Shown here piece by piece: positions 18,246-27,848 of a stretch of DNA of 64,000 nt. The first letter of the stretch is position 1; each line of letters opens with the position of its first letter. The notes under the pieces are model-generated. The model was not told where the DNA came from, did no database searches, and worked only from the letters and a program-made list of their open reading frames with translations. Both the position numbers and the translations under genes were made by a program. Origin of the DNA: Devosia sp. (GTDB lineage Bacteria > Pseudomonadota > Alphaproteobacteria > Rhizobiales > Devosiaceae); assembly GCF_036676215.1 (NCBI RefSeq), contig NZ_JAKFDJ010000068.1:65575-129574 (forward strand). The letters are read 5' to 3'.

Positions 18246-18323
18246 GGCAGTTTCCCGGTGTCGGTCTTCGGGCGGGAGTGGTATGCCCGAGCAGACTTTC
18301 CCGCAATAGGCGCGATGCCGCAC

Positions 18324-18530
18324 ATGACGCAGCGTAACCGCAAATTCATCGGCGTTCTGCTGATCCTCGGCTCGATAGTTGCCTGGCTCAGCATCTTCAC
18401 CTCGGTCTATCTGGCGCTGCCGCCCGATCTGCCGATCTGGATCCTGATGCCCTATTTCATCGTCGCGGGGATGGGCTGGCTGTTCCCCGCGATGGCGATC
18501 ATCCGCTGGATGGCCAAGCCGGACGCTTAG
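18324..18530 (+). CDS. DUF2842 family small membrane protein
   Basis: RKFIG...YF..AG.GW..PAM.II.WM.KPD pattern; typically divergent from cox15 in alphaproteobacteria. Confidence 0.85.
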   Translation: MTQRNRKFIGVLLILGSIVAWLSIFTSVYLALPPDLPIWILMPYFIVAGMGWLFPAMAIIRWMAKPDA

Positions 18531-19571
18531 TCAGCCGATCAACTTGCCGATGATTGAAAACATCGCGCCGGTAGCAAAAACATCGACATAGCGGCGTGAC
18601 TGAAAGTATCCGTTGAGCGACACGCGCGGCAATGCGTGCGGGCTTTGCGCATGGCGCGCATAGAGGCCGCCGGGGCGCGTCGTCACCGCCGATCGAAATC
18701 CCAGTTCCCGCGCCAGATCGAATTCACGCTGCCCTGCCGAAAGCGGACCGCCCAGCGGATAGGAAAAATGCGCGGGACGCTGGCCGAACTGGGCCAGCAG
18801 GATATCGGCGGACTGCGCCATCTCGTTGCGAGCCTGTTCGACAGGCAGCTTGGCCAGTTCGTAGTGATGCACAGTATGGGCGCCGATGGTGCAGAGCGGA
18901 TCGTCGGCAAACAGGCGCAGTTCCTGCCAATCCATGATCAGCTCGCGGCACTGCTTGTCGAGATCGTAGCCATAGGCGACGGCAAAGCTCCTCAACAGCT
19001 TGACCCGGTCGGCCTCGGGCATTCTGCGCATCTGCCAGTAGAGCGTGTTGAAGGTCTCGTTCTTCTGGGCCGGAGCGCGGGTGTCGACATAGTCGGTTTC
19101 GCCAGCCGAGGTCAGGGCAATGGCCTGCTGGCGGGTGATGATATCCTCAATCGCCTGCCACCAGAGCTCGCCAAGGCCGTCCACGAAGGCGGTGGGCACG
19201 TAGAGTGTGAACGGGGCATTCTGGCGCCGCAGTATGGGCAGCGCATGATGCAGATTGTCCTTGTAAGCGTCATCGAAGGTCAGCACCACGAAGCGGCGCC
19301 CGGGCTGGGGGGCAGCGAGGCGTTCCAGGGCCTCGTCAAGGCTGACAATGTCGAGCTTGAGGTCTCGCACCCGCTCAATGACATATTCGAGATAGTCTGG
19401 CCGGACCTGCAGGATCGCGTTGGGCGAAAAGTCCGCAGGGTCGCCGGGCAGTACGCGGTGCAGGGTGAAGATCACGCCGCGCGACACCGACAGCGCCCGC
19501 ACCAGGCTCGGCAATCGCGATAGCCACATGGCTTCGAACATGGCACGGATGGCCGCGTATTTGGCTGACAT
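18531..19571 (-). CDS. Polysaccharide deacetylase (CE4)
   Basis: LHRV, LTFDDAY.DN, IGAHTVHH, FSYPLG, LPRV motifs. Confidence 0.9.
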   Translation of the reverse strand: MSAKYAAIRAMFEAMWLSRLPSLVRALSVSRGVIFTLHRVLPGDPADFSPNAILQVRPDYLEYVIERVRDLKLDIVSLDEALERLAAPQPGRRFVVLTFDDAYKDNLHHALPILRRQNAPFTLYVPTAFVDGLGELWWQAIEDIITRQQAIALTSAGETDYVDTRAPAQKNETFNTLYWQMRRMPEADRVKLLRSFAVAYGYDLDKQCRELIMDWQELRLFADDPLCTIGAHTVHHYELAKLPVEQARNEMAQSADILLAQFGQRPAHFSYPLGGPLSAGQREFDLARELGFRSAVTTRPGGLYARHAQSPHALPRVSLNGYFQSRRYVDVFATGAMFSIIGKLIG

Positions 19572-19583
19572 AGGGCGCTCCGG

Positions 19584-21842
19584 TCAGGCGGCGACGCGGG
19601 CCGGGGCGGCGGCAACCTCGCAGCGTTCGAAGCCGGCGTCGAGCAGGCGCCCGCGCGTTTCGGCCACGGCGTCGAGATCGTCCTCATCCCCGGCAACGAG
19701 AACCAACCTGCCATCCAGTCCGTCGAACAGCGGCAGGCTCGATGCCGCACCCACCCGGCCGGTCATCAGCACCACAACCTCGTAGAGGTCGCCCAGCGCT
19801 TCGACCAAAGTCAGCGGCTTGGTCGAGCTACGGGCGATCTCCCTGCCCTGGCCCCAGGGGACTTCGGCAAAACTGTTGTCAGCCGACTTATGTACCACGT
19901 CGCCAAAACTCGCGGCGTTGGCACTGAGATCGGTAAGGCCAGCCTCATCGCCGGTGCGGGCGCTGCCGGCATCGACCAGGGCCACGCTCAACCCGCGCGC
20001 GAGCGCGTAGCTAACCAGTTCCTCGGCCAACACTTCGCAATCGGCAGTGGAGCGATGTGCAGCAAGAATGACCAGATGGGTGCGCCCGAGGACGAGGTCC
20101 GATGCCAGGTCAGAGAGCGTCACCAGCCCCGGAGCTGGCCGCGGTCCGGCGGTCACATCGGCGGCCGGAGACACTGGTTCAGGTCCCCTCACCTCTGGAG
20201 CACCCGCGTCGACTGTCTCAGGCAGGACCGGCGTTCTTGCATTGGTGAAAGCCTGGAGGAAACGCTGGAACTCTGGTCGGCCGGCCTTGACCGTCTGGAG
20301 CGACTGCTCCTCGGCTGGCGCGGCCTCGTCGACGGGGCCCGTCACTATCGCCGCGGGCGGCTCTTGCCAAAGTTCGCCGGGCTCAAGCTCCTCGGCGACG
20401 AAAGGAACCTCGTCGAGTTCGTCCTGCGGACGCGCCGTGCTGTGACCGGGAACAATGGCCCGGCCGGAAATCAGCTCGCCAAAGACGATGAGGCCGAACT
20501 GGGTCGCCAGCGCGACGATGCCGACGGCCAGCAGGATGAGCTGCGTCTTGGGGGAGGCGGGCGACACCGATGGCGCCGCAATGCTCACAACACGCACGTC
20601 GGGAAGCGCGGAATTGGAATCGGTGCGGGATATAGCCTCGCTATAGCGCTGCAGATAGCCTTCGAGCAGGTCGCGCTGGGCCTTGGCCTCGCGCTGCAGG
20701 CTATCGAGGGCCACGGTATCCTGCGTTGCAGTCGAGGCCGAAGATTTGGCGCGGGTGAGGTCGGCCTGCAGCGAAGCCTCCAGATCGGCCTCGATCTGGG
20801 CCTCGGCTTCGAGTGCATCGGCGACCCGACGCCCCTCGAGGCTGATCTGGTTGTTCAGCTCGGAAATCTGGGCGGTCAGCGCCTGAATGGTTGGGTGGTT
20901 GGCCAGCAAGGTGGCCGAACGCTGGGCCTTCTCGCCCTGCAAGCGGCCCTTTTCCTGGCTGAGCTGCTGGATGACAACCGATTCGCGCACGTCGGCCACG
21001 CCATCGATCGGCTGGCTCCGCTCGATCATGCCGCGAATGAGGGCGGCACGCGACAGCGCGGTATTCTTGCGCTCCTGCGCCGCGTTGATCTGGGTCGCAA
21101 TGGTCGACAGCTGCTGATCCAGCAGGCTGGTATTGTTGGAGCCAGTGAACAGGTCGTTATCGACCTTGAAATTGGCCACGGCGGTTTCCGCCTCCGTCAC
21201 CGAGATGCGCAGCTTGGCAATCTCGTCGCGCAGCCAGCCGGAGGCTTCGGCGGTGTCCGACAGCGACAGCTCGGCACGTCGGGTAACATGGGCGTTAGCC
21301 AAGGCGTTGGCGATGTCGGCGGCACGTTGTGGGTCGGTCGACCTCACCAGCACTGAAATGATATTCGAGTCCCGCTCCTGAATGACGGTGAGGCGGTCAT
21401 AGAGATTGTTCAGAACCGTCTCGTCGATGCTGACCGGGGTGGCCTTGCGGCCGAGCAGCTGGGAGATGATGGCCAGAGGAGAGAAGCTGCCGCCCCCTGC
21501 CCCGTTGAATTCGGAAACCGAGCGAAGATCGAGCTTGTCGATGACCATCAGCAGTGTGTCGCGCGACTTGATCAGCTCGATCTGGCTGGACACCGCACCG
21601 GCATCGCCGCCCGAAGTCGGGGCCTGCTCATTGGCGGCGCGGATGTAAACGTTGCTGCGCGCCTCGACCAAGATCGAGGCGGAGGATTCATAAAGACGCG
21701 GCATGAACATGAGAATGACGAAGGTGGCAGCCAGCAGCAACGCCGTCACCATGACGATGCGCGGCAGGCGCCGCACGACCGCGTCCAGCACCGCCCCAAC
21801 ATCGATCCGAGCGTCGCGCACGGCCTGCGACTCAAACGCCAT
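19584..21842 (-). CDS. GumC/Wzc-like polysaccharide co-polymerase (UppB-like), kinase domain degenerate
   Basis: Wzz N-terminus (SQIELIKSR), long coiled coil, P..P.SPK before TM2; C-terminal domain lacks Walker A and a Tyr cluster. Confidence 0.85.
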   Translation of the reverse strand: MAFESQAVRDARIDVGAVLDAVVRRLPRIVMVTALLLAATFVILMFMPRLYESSASILVEARSNVYIRAANEQAPTSGGDAGAVSSQIELIKSRDTLLMVIDKLDLRSVSEFNGAGGGSFSPLAIISQLLGRKATPVSIDETVLNNLYDRLTVIQERDSNIISVLVRSTDPQRAADIANALANAHVTRRAELSLSDTAEASGWLRDEIAKLRISVTEAETAVANFKVDNDLFTGSNNTSLLDQQLSTIATQINAAQERKNTALSRAALIRGMIERSQPIDGVADVRESVVIQQLSQEKGRLQGEKAQRSATLLANHPTIQALTAQISELNNQISLEGRRVADALEAEAQIEADLEASLQADLTRAKSSASTATQDTVALDSLQREAKAQRDLLEGYLQRYSEAISRTDSNSALPDVRVVSIAAPSVSPASPKTQLILLAVGIVALATQFGLIVFGELISGRAIVPGHSTARPQDELDEVPFVAEELEPGELWQEPPAAIVTGPVDEAAPAEEQSLQTVKAGRPEFQRFLQAFTNARTPVLPETVDAGAPEVRGPEPVSPAADVTAGPRPAPGLVTLSDLASDLVLGRTHLVILAAHRSTADCEVLAEELVSYALARGLSVALVDAGSARTGDEAGLTDLSANAASFGDVVHKSADNSFAEVPWGQGREIARSSTKPLTLVEALGDLYEVVVLMTGRVGAASSLPLFDGLDGRLVLVAGDEDDLDAVAETRGRLLDAGFERCEVAAAPARVAA

Positions 21843-21993
21843 TGTCATTCCTCGCACTCTGCGCGGATTAATGCCGGCTCGTGGTAATCAATCCGTTAAG
21901 TTGCTTGCAGATCGCAAAACTCTGGCGGCTGACGAAGGACTTTCTTAACCATGCCGGCGCGAGATTGGCGCACCTGAAGTGCCCGGGATTCTC

Positions 21994-22545
21994 ATGCGCT
22001 GGCTGACCATATTTACGATCGCGCTCATGCTGCCGCTGGCGGCCTGCGCCACCACGCGTCCGGCAACCTATCTGGTAGAGACCAAGGGGCCTTATCAACT
22101 CGATACCGGCGATACCGTGCGCGTGGCCGTCTATGGCGATGAGGAACTGAGCGACACCTATCGGATCGATGACAGCGGTGCGATCGCTTTCCCGCTTGTC
22201 GGCCCGGTACAGGTCCGCGGCGCAACGACGAAGGACGCGGCGGGCAGGCTCGCCGCCGCGCTGGCCAATGGCTATATGCGCAATCCCGATGTTGCTGTGG
22301 AAGTAGCGGAATACCGGCCCTTCTTCATTCAGGGCGAGATCAAGAATGCCGGGCAGTTTCAATATGTGTTCGGCATGACCGTGCGGGCGGCGATCAGCAC
22401 GTCGGGTGGCTTTTCCGATACGGCGGACCGCAGCCGCGCCATTGTGTACCGGCAACAGGGCGACCAGATGGTCAAGGGCACGGTCGACCTCGACTTCCCG
22501 ATCTATCCGGGCGACACGGTCGTCATTCTCGAACGCTGGTTCTGA
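21994..22545 (+). CDS. Polysaccharide export lipoprotein (Wza/UppC-like)
   Basis: LAAC lipobox; YQLDTGD.VRV.VYG, FPLVG.V, RPFFIQGE, PGD motifs. Confidence 0.92.
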   Translation: MRWLTIFTIALMLPLAACATTRPATYLVETKGPYQLDTGDTVRVAVYGDEELSDTYRIDDSGAIAFPLVGPVQVRGATTKDAAGRLAAALANGYMRNPDVAVEVAEYRPFFIQGEIKNAGQFQYVFGMTVRAAISTSGGFSDTADRSRAIVYRQQGDQMVKGTVDLDFPIYPGDTVVILERWF

Positions 22546-22557
22546 CGGAGCAAGTCG

Positions 22558-23688
22558 ATGGCTGAACCCAGGCTGCGCATCCTGCAGGTGATGCGGGCCC
22601 CCGTGGGAGGCCTGTTTCGGCACGTCGCGGATCTCACGCGTGAACTGGCGGCCAGTGGTCACGCCGTTGGACTTGTTGTCGATAGCCTGGCCAATGACGC
22701 GCAGACCGAAGGCAAGCTGGCCGCCCTCTTGCCGCATGCCAGCCTGGGCATCCATCGCCTGCCCATGCCACGCGTACTGGGCCGCGCCGATCTCAAAACA
22801 CCATTCACGGTGCGGCGGCTGGCGCGATCACTCGATATCGATGTGATGCATGGCCACGGCGCCAAGGGCGGTTTCTATGCCCGGCTGGCCCGGCTGGGCG
22901 GAGGCAAGACCGTCGCGCTTTATACGCCACATGGCGGAGTGTTGCATTTTTCCAGGTCATCGCTGTCAGGGCGGGTCTTCCATATGCTCGAGCGGGCGCT
23001 GATGGCGCGGACCGGCGCCATCATCTTCGAGAGCGCCTATGCCCGGGCCACCTATTCGGCACTGATCGGCACCCCCACCTGCCCCACCGAGGTCATCCAC
23101 AACGGCCTTGCACCAGACGAATTCGTCCCCGTGCGACCGGCCGAGAATGCGGCCGATTTCGTCTTTGTCGGCGAGCTGCGCGGCCTCAAGGGCATCCACG
23201 TGCTGGTCGACGCCTTGGTGGCGGTGACTCGTCCCGACGGCACGCCCGCAACACTGGTAATGGCGGGCGACGGTCCGAGCAGGTCTGCGCTGGAAGCGCA
23301 GATCATGGGGCTCGGACTTGGCGACCGTCTCCACCTGCTGGGGGCGCAGCCCGCACGACCCACCTTTGCCAAAGGCCGGATCGCGGTAGTGCCATCGCTG
23401 GCCGAGTCCCTGCCCTATGTGGTGCTCGAAGCCGCGGCGGCGCGCCTGCCGGTGATCGCCACCCGGGTTGGGGGTATTCCGGAGATCTTTGGCCCGACAT
23501 CGGACAGCCTCGTTCCGGCCGACAATGCCGAAGCCCTGCGCGCTGCAATGCAGGCAGCGCTGGACGATCAACCTGCGACCGAAGCCGAGATGCAAGCGCG
23601 TCTGGCCCATATCGAAAGCCACTTCTCGCTCGCCACCATGGCGGGCGGCATTGAGACACTTTATCGATCGGTATTGGCGCGAGCTTAG
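22558..23688 (+). CDS. GT4 glycosyltransferase (UppD-like)
   Basis: RAPVGGLFRHV, HGHGAKGG, YTPHGG, ESLPYVVLEA, VGGIPEI motifs. Confidence 0.92.
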   Translation: MAEPRLRILQVMRAPVGGLFRHVADLTRELAASGHAVGLVVDSLANDAQTEGKLAALLPHASLGIHRLPMPRVLGRADLKTPFTVRRLARSLDIDVMHGHGAKGGFYARLARLGGGKTVALYTPHGGVLHFSRSSLSGRVFHMLERALMARTGAIIFESAYARATYSALIGTPTCPTEVIHNGLAPDEFVPVRPAENAADFVFVGELRGLKGIHVLVDALVAVTRPDGTPATLVMAGDGPSRSALEAQIMGLGLGDRLHLLGAQPARPTFAKGRIAVVPSLAESLPYVVLEAAAARLPVIATRVGGIPEIFGPTSDSLVPADNAEALRAAMQAALDDQPATEAEMQARLAHIESHFSLATMAGGIETLYRSVLARA

Positions 23689-23760
23689 CCATCAACTTCA
23701 CCGAGTATAAACCCCTTGCGGCCACAATGGCGCCGAGAGTTTTGTACCGGTAGCGTCCCC

Positions 23761-25284
23761 ATGTATCGAGTTAACACCCAGCAGGCCGTGCAGGCGCACG
23801 CGTCAAGGCAGGCTGCGGCAGGCGAGCCAGGGCTGACGTTGTCGACACAGGCGGAGGCCATCATTGCGGCGCCGGTGGAGCGCAGCGTGTCAGGCGCCGT
23901 GGTGGCCGGTGTGGCGCAGGTTGTCGAAGCAGCTCTGCTCGCAGCACTGGGCTACGGCATCTACGAATACTATGTGGAACTCGGCCAGCCCGCCTTCTAC
24001 ATCCCCGTCATTCTAGCATCATGCCTGCTGGCCAACGTGCTGTTCAACGCTGCCAGGACGCACCGGATCACTGCCTATCGTACCGTCTTCAACCAGATTG
24101 GCCGGGTGCTGGTAAGCTGGACCCTGGTGATGACGGTGCTCACCGTCGGCATCTTCTTCTTCAAGGCCGCGGACCTGTTTTCGCGGGTGTGGCTGGTCAG
24201 CTGGTATGTGGGCGGCGCCGTGCTGCTGGTGGCTTACCGGTTAGGCTTGCGCGCGCTGGTCATGCACTGGACGGTACAGGGCCGCCTGCGGCGCCGCACC
24301 GTCATTGTCGGTGGCGGCAAAGATGCCGAGACGCTGATCGAGCAGATTCGCGCCAGCGCCAGCCACGACATCATGCTGCTTGGCCTGTTTGACGACCGTA
24401 TCGACGACCGTTCGCCCGAGACCGTTGCTGGCTATCCCAAGCTGGGCAAGGTTGCCGACCTGATTGAATTCGCGCGCCGAACGCAGCTCGACCTCGTCAT
24501 CGTCTCGATGCCGCTTTCGGCGGAGAAGCGCGTGCTCGACATGCTGACCCAGCTCTGGGTGTTGCCCGTCGACATTCGTCTGTCGGCCCATATGAGCAAG
24601 CTCAAGTTCACCAACAGGGCTTATTCCTATGTCGGTGACATCGCCGTGTTCGACATGGCCGACCGGCCGATTTCGGACTGGAACCTTGTGTTCAAATGGG
24701 TGCTCGACAAGTTCGTCGCCGTCACCGCGCTCTTCCTGCTGTCGCCGGTGATGATGATCACCGCCATTGCCATCAAGATCGAGAGTCGCGGCCCGGTCTT
24801 CTTCAGGCAAAACCGGCATGGCTTCAACAACGAGCTGATCAAGATCTACAAGTTCCGCTCGATGCGAACCGACATGGCCGACCAGAGTGCAGCAACGCTC
24901 GTGACCAAGGGCGATCCGCGCGTCACCAGGGTTGGCCGGTTCATCCGCAAGACATCGATCGACGAGTTGCCGCAACTGTTCAACGTGCTCAAGGGCGAGT
25001 TGTCCATCGTCGGGCCGCGTCCGCATGCGCTACAGGCCAAGGCCGATAGCCAGCTCTACTACGAAGCCGTCGAGGGTTACTTCGCCCGTCATCGCGTCAA
25101 ACCCGGCATGACCGGCTGGGCGCAGGTCAATGGGTGGCGCGGGGAGACCGACACGATCGACAAGATCATGCAGCGGGTGAACCACGACCTCTACTACATC
25201 GAGCACTGGTCCATCCTGTTCGACCTCTACATCGTACTGATGACGCCCGTCTCGCTCGTGTCCAAGAACGAGAATGCCTATTGA
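23761..25284 (+). CDS. Undecaprenyl-phosphate glucose phosphotransferase (WcaJ/UppE-like)
   Basis: YKFRSM, DPRVTRVGRFIRKTSIDELPQL, SIVGPRPHA, VKPGMTGWAQV, DLYYI. Confidence 0.95.
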   Translation: MYRVNTQQAVQAHASRQAAAGEPGLTLSTQAEAIIAAPVERSVSGAVVAGVAQVVEAALLAALGYGIYEYYVELGQPAFYIPVILASCLLANVLFNAARTHRITAYRTVFNQIGRVLVSWTLVMTVLTVGIFFFKAADLFSRVWLVSWYVGGAVLLVAYRLGLRALVMHWTVQGRLRRRTVIVGGGKDAETLIEQIRASASHDIMLLGLFDDRIDDRSPETVAGYPKLGKVADLIEFARRTQLDLVIVSMPLSAEKRVLDMLTQLWVLPVDIRLSAHMSKLKFTNRAYSYVGDIAVFDMADRPISDWNLVFKWVLDKFVAVTALFLLSPVMMITAIAIKIESRGPVFFRQNRHGFNNELIKIYKFRSMRTDMADQSAATLVTKGDPRVTRVGRFIRKTSIDELPQLFNVLKGELSIVGPRPHALQAKADSQLYYEAVEGYFARHRVKPGMTGWAQVNGWRGETDTIDKIMQRVNHDLYYIEHWSILFDLYIVLMTPVSLVSKNENAY

Positions 25285-26567
25285 GCACGCTCGGCACGCT
25301 TGATGGCGGCAGTTTCAAGGCCGGGTCCCGCGGACTCGGCCTTGCCTTCATCCGTGTCCGCGCCACCCGCCTGCTCGACATCATGGTGGGTGTCTGGATA
25401 TTTACCGGCGGGTTCGTACTGTTCGAACCGTCGCCCTACGAGCTGACCTTCCTTGTCGTGCTGCCACTCGCCTTTGCTGGTGGCGTCGGCCTTTACCGCT
25501 CGGCCTTTGGCCTCCTGGCCATCCTGCTTGCCTTCACGCCGTTTGCGCTGATCGCCTGTTTTCAGGTGCGCTTCACCCCGCTTACCGACGCACTGCTCTT
25601 TTCGATCGTCACCATTTTCCTCATGGTGACGGCCTATTTCATCGCGAATTACGTAGCGGAAGCTACCGAGAAGCGCATGCGCGTTGTCATGGGCGCCTAT
25701 ACGGCAGCCGCGGTGTTCTGCGCGATCCTCGGGACGCTGGCCTATCTGGGGCTGATTCCGGGGGCGGAGATCTTCACGCGTTATGGCCGGGCCAAGGCGA
25801 CCTTCAACGACCCCAATGTCTTTGGCCCCTTCCTGGTATTGCCGGCGATGTTCGCGCTGCAACGTGTGCTGCTGGGCTCGGGCCGTGCGGCGATCATGGC
25901 CGGTATGGTCTTTCTCACGCTTTTCGTGGGCGTTTTCGTCAGCTTTTCGCGCGCCGCCTGGGGGCATTTTGCCCTATCGTCGCTGATCGTACTGGTGCTG
26001 TGCTTCTGGCTGGAGGCGGCGGCGCGCGACAAGGTACGCATCATGATCATGTCGCTACTGGGCGCGGCAATGCTGGTGGTGGCTCTGGCGGGCCTACTCA
26101 GCATTCCTGCGGTGGCATCGCTGTTCGAGACCCGCACAGCCGGACAGGACTACGATTCGGGTGAAACCGGTCGCTTCGGCCGCCAAGGCTATGCTTTCGA
26201 ACTGGCCCTCGACAACCCCTTGGGTATTGGCCCGAACGAGTTCAGCTTTCTGCGGATCATCGAGGCGCCGCACAACGTCTATGTAACGGTGCTGCACGTT
26301 TATGGCTGGGGCGGCGGAGCGCTCTATTTCCTGCTGGTCATCCTGACCCTGTGGCGGGGTATTGCCGCGCTCGCGCGCCCCTCCCCGTATCGGCTGATGA
26401 TGATTCCCCTGGTAGCTACGTTCATCATGCTGGCCGGAGAATCCGCCATCATCGACACCGATCACTGGCGCCACTACTACCTTGTGGTCGGGCTGATCTG
26501 GGGCATCTCCACCGCCATCCGCAATGACGACCGGCGCACCGCACCGCGTCATCAGATGCTGATCTAG
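25281..26567 (+). CDS. O-antigen ligase/polymerase family protein (UppF-like)
   Basis: EPSPYE, RAKATFNDPNVFGPF, SFSRAAW, PHNVY, IDTDHWRH; TTG overlaps the upstream TGA. Confidence 0.88.
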   Translation: MSTLGTLDGGSFKAGSRGLGLAFIRVRATRLLDIMVGVWIFTGGFVLFEPSPYELTFLVVLPLAFAGGVGLYRSAFGLLAILLAFTPFALIACFQVRFTPLTDALLFSIVTIFLMVTAYFIANYVAEATEKRMRVVMGAYTAAAVFCAILGTLAYLGLIPGAEIFTRYGRAKATFNDPNVFGPFLVLPAMFALQRVLLGSGRAAIMAGMVFLTLFVGVFVSFSRAAWGHFALSSLIVLVLCFWLEAAARDKVRIMIMSLLGAAMLVVALAGLLSIPAVASLFETRTAGQDYDSGETGRFGRQGYAFELALDNPLGIGPNEFSFLRIIEAPHNVYVTVLHVYGWGGGALYFLLVILTLWRGIAALARPSPYRLMMIPLVATFIMLAGESAIIDTDHWRHYYLVVGLIWGISTAIRNDDRRTAPRHQMLI

Positions 26568-27535
26568 GGCCAGATGGCGCCGCGCAGATAGCGCTCAGCC
26601 AGTTGGGCCGTGCCATCGGCAAAGCCGCGCATATGCTGTTCGGCAAGCCGCGTTTCGGCATGTGAGCCGATCCAGGCCAGCAGCGCCATGCGCCGGAGCA
26701 TGACCATGGAATCGATGGCGGCCACGTCCTCGGCACTCAGGGGTCGTACTGACCGATAGCCGTCAAGCCAGGCAGCCTTGAGCGCCGGAATCGCCGGATT
26801 GGTTTCATGGAACGAGATGGCCGCGGCAAAATCATAGGTAAACCAGCAGAAGCCGCAGTCATCGAAGTCGATCAATGTCACCCGATCGCCATCGACCAGC
26901 AAATTGCCGAGCCGCATGTCGGCATGGATCAGGCCATAGCGGTCGGGGCCGGTGCCATATTCCGCCAGCCGCCGCCACAGCGCCGAATCCAGCCGGTCCA
27001 GTACCGGTCGGTTCGTCTCGTTGACGCCAGGCGCGACGCGCCAATCGCCCCAGGGACCGTCGGCGTCGAGGATCGTCGCCGCCTGCCAGACCTGGCGCTG
27101 GAACGTCGCCGGACGTTGCCAGGTCGTGACGTGATTGTGCATGGTGGCCGCATAGCCACCCAGCGTCACAAACAGGTCGCCGAGATTGCTGTCCGGGGTC
27201 GGCTCGCGGCCGGGCACGTGGCGGAATAGCACCGCCAGCCGCTCACCCCTGTCCGTCGAAAAGGCCTGCAGCAACTGGCCGTCGTGACCGGGAACCGGTT
27301 CTGGGATGACGAGCGTGGTGTCGCGCCGCAAAGCCAGTAGCCAGATCAGTTCGCTCTCGATTGACGCGCGCGACTGATAGCCGGTGCGATGAACGCGGAG
27401 CATGAAGCTGCCCTGGCTCGCGGTGTCGATCTGAAAGGTCTGGTTTTCGGAGTGGTTGACAAGCCGGGCGGTGCCGCCATCCAACTGGCTCCAGGATGAC
27501 AGCGCGGGCTCAACTTCACGCGCCGTCAACGGCAT
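26564..27535 (-). CDS. Aminoglycoside phosphotransferase / type II homoserine kinase-like phosphotransferase
   Basis: SEN.TF, LRVHR.GY, IHADMRLGNLL, IDFDDCG motifs. Confidence 0.88.
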   Translation of the reverse strand: MPLTAREVEPALSSWSQLDGGTARLVNHSENQTFQIDTASQGSFMLRVHRTGYQSRASIESELIWLLALRRDTTLVIPEPVPGHDGQLLQAFSTDRGERLAVLFRHVPGREPTPDSNLGDLFVTLGGYAATMHNHVTTWQRPATFQRQVWQAATILDADGPWGDWRVAPGVNETNRPVLDRLDSALWRRLAEYGTGPDRYGLIHADMRLGNLLVDGDRVTLIDFDDCGFCWFTYDFAAAISFHETNPAIPALKAAWLDGYRSVRPLSAEDVAAIDSMVMLRRMALLAWIGSHAETRLAEQHMRGFADGTAQLAERYLRGAIWP

Positions 27536-27604
27536 GGGCAGGCTCCAAACTGACAGCATGGCGCCTGCACGAGGCCCATCGCGTTGACCGAACGGAGGGG
27601 AAGT

Positions 27605-27681
27605 TGGTCGGAGCGGCCGGATTTGAACCGACGACCCTTTGTCCCCCAGACAAATGCGCTACCAGGCTGCGCTACGCCCCG
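27605..27681 (-). tRNA. tRNA-Pro (GGG)
   Basis: CGGGGCGTAGCGCAGCCTGGTAGCGC...TTTGT-CTGGGGG-ACAAA...GGTTCAAATCC...CCGACCA, 77 nt. Confidence 0.96.
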
Positions 27682-27848
27682 ACTGGTGCGGAGACATAGA
27701 GAAGCGGGGGTTTTCGCGCAACCCCGAATTTTGAGAAAAAGAACAAAGGGGGATTACGCCGCCAAAAGCGGCGTTGGTGGGAGCAAGTCCCACCAACAGT
27801 CCCACCAGAGTTTTTGGTTTGTTCTGCGGGCGGTTAGGTTTGACGTCG

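Noticed and set aside
21858-21978. CtrA box in the divergent upp promoter region
   Set aside because: Only half-sites (TTAA, TTAACCAT) without the TTAA-N7-TTAA spacing; not strong enough to call
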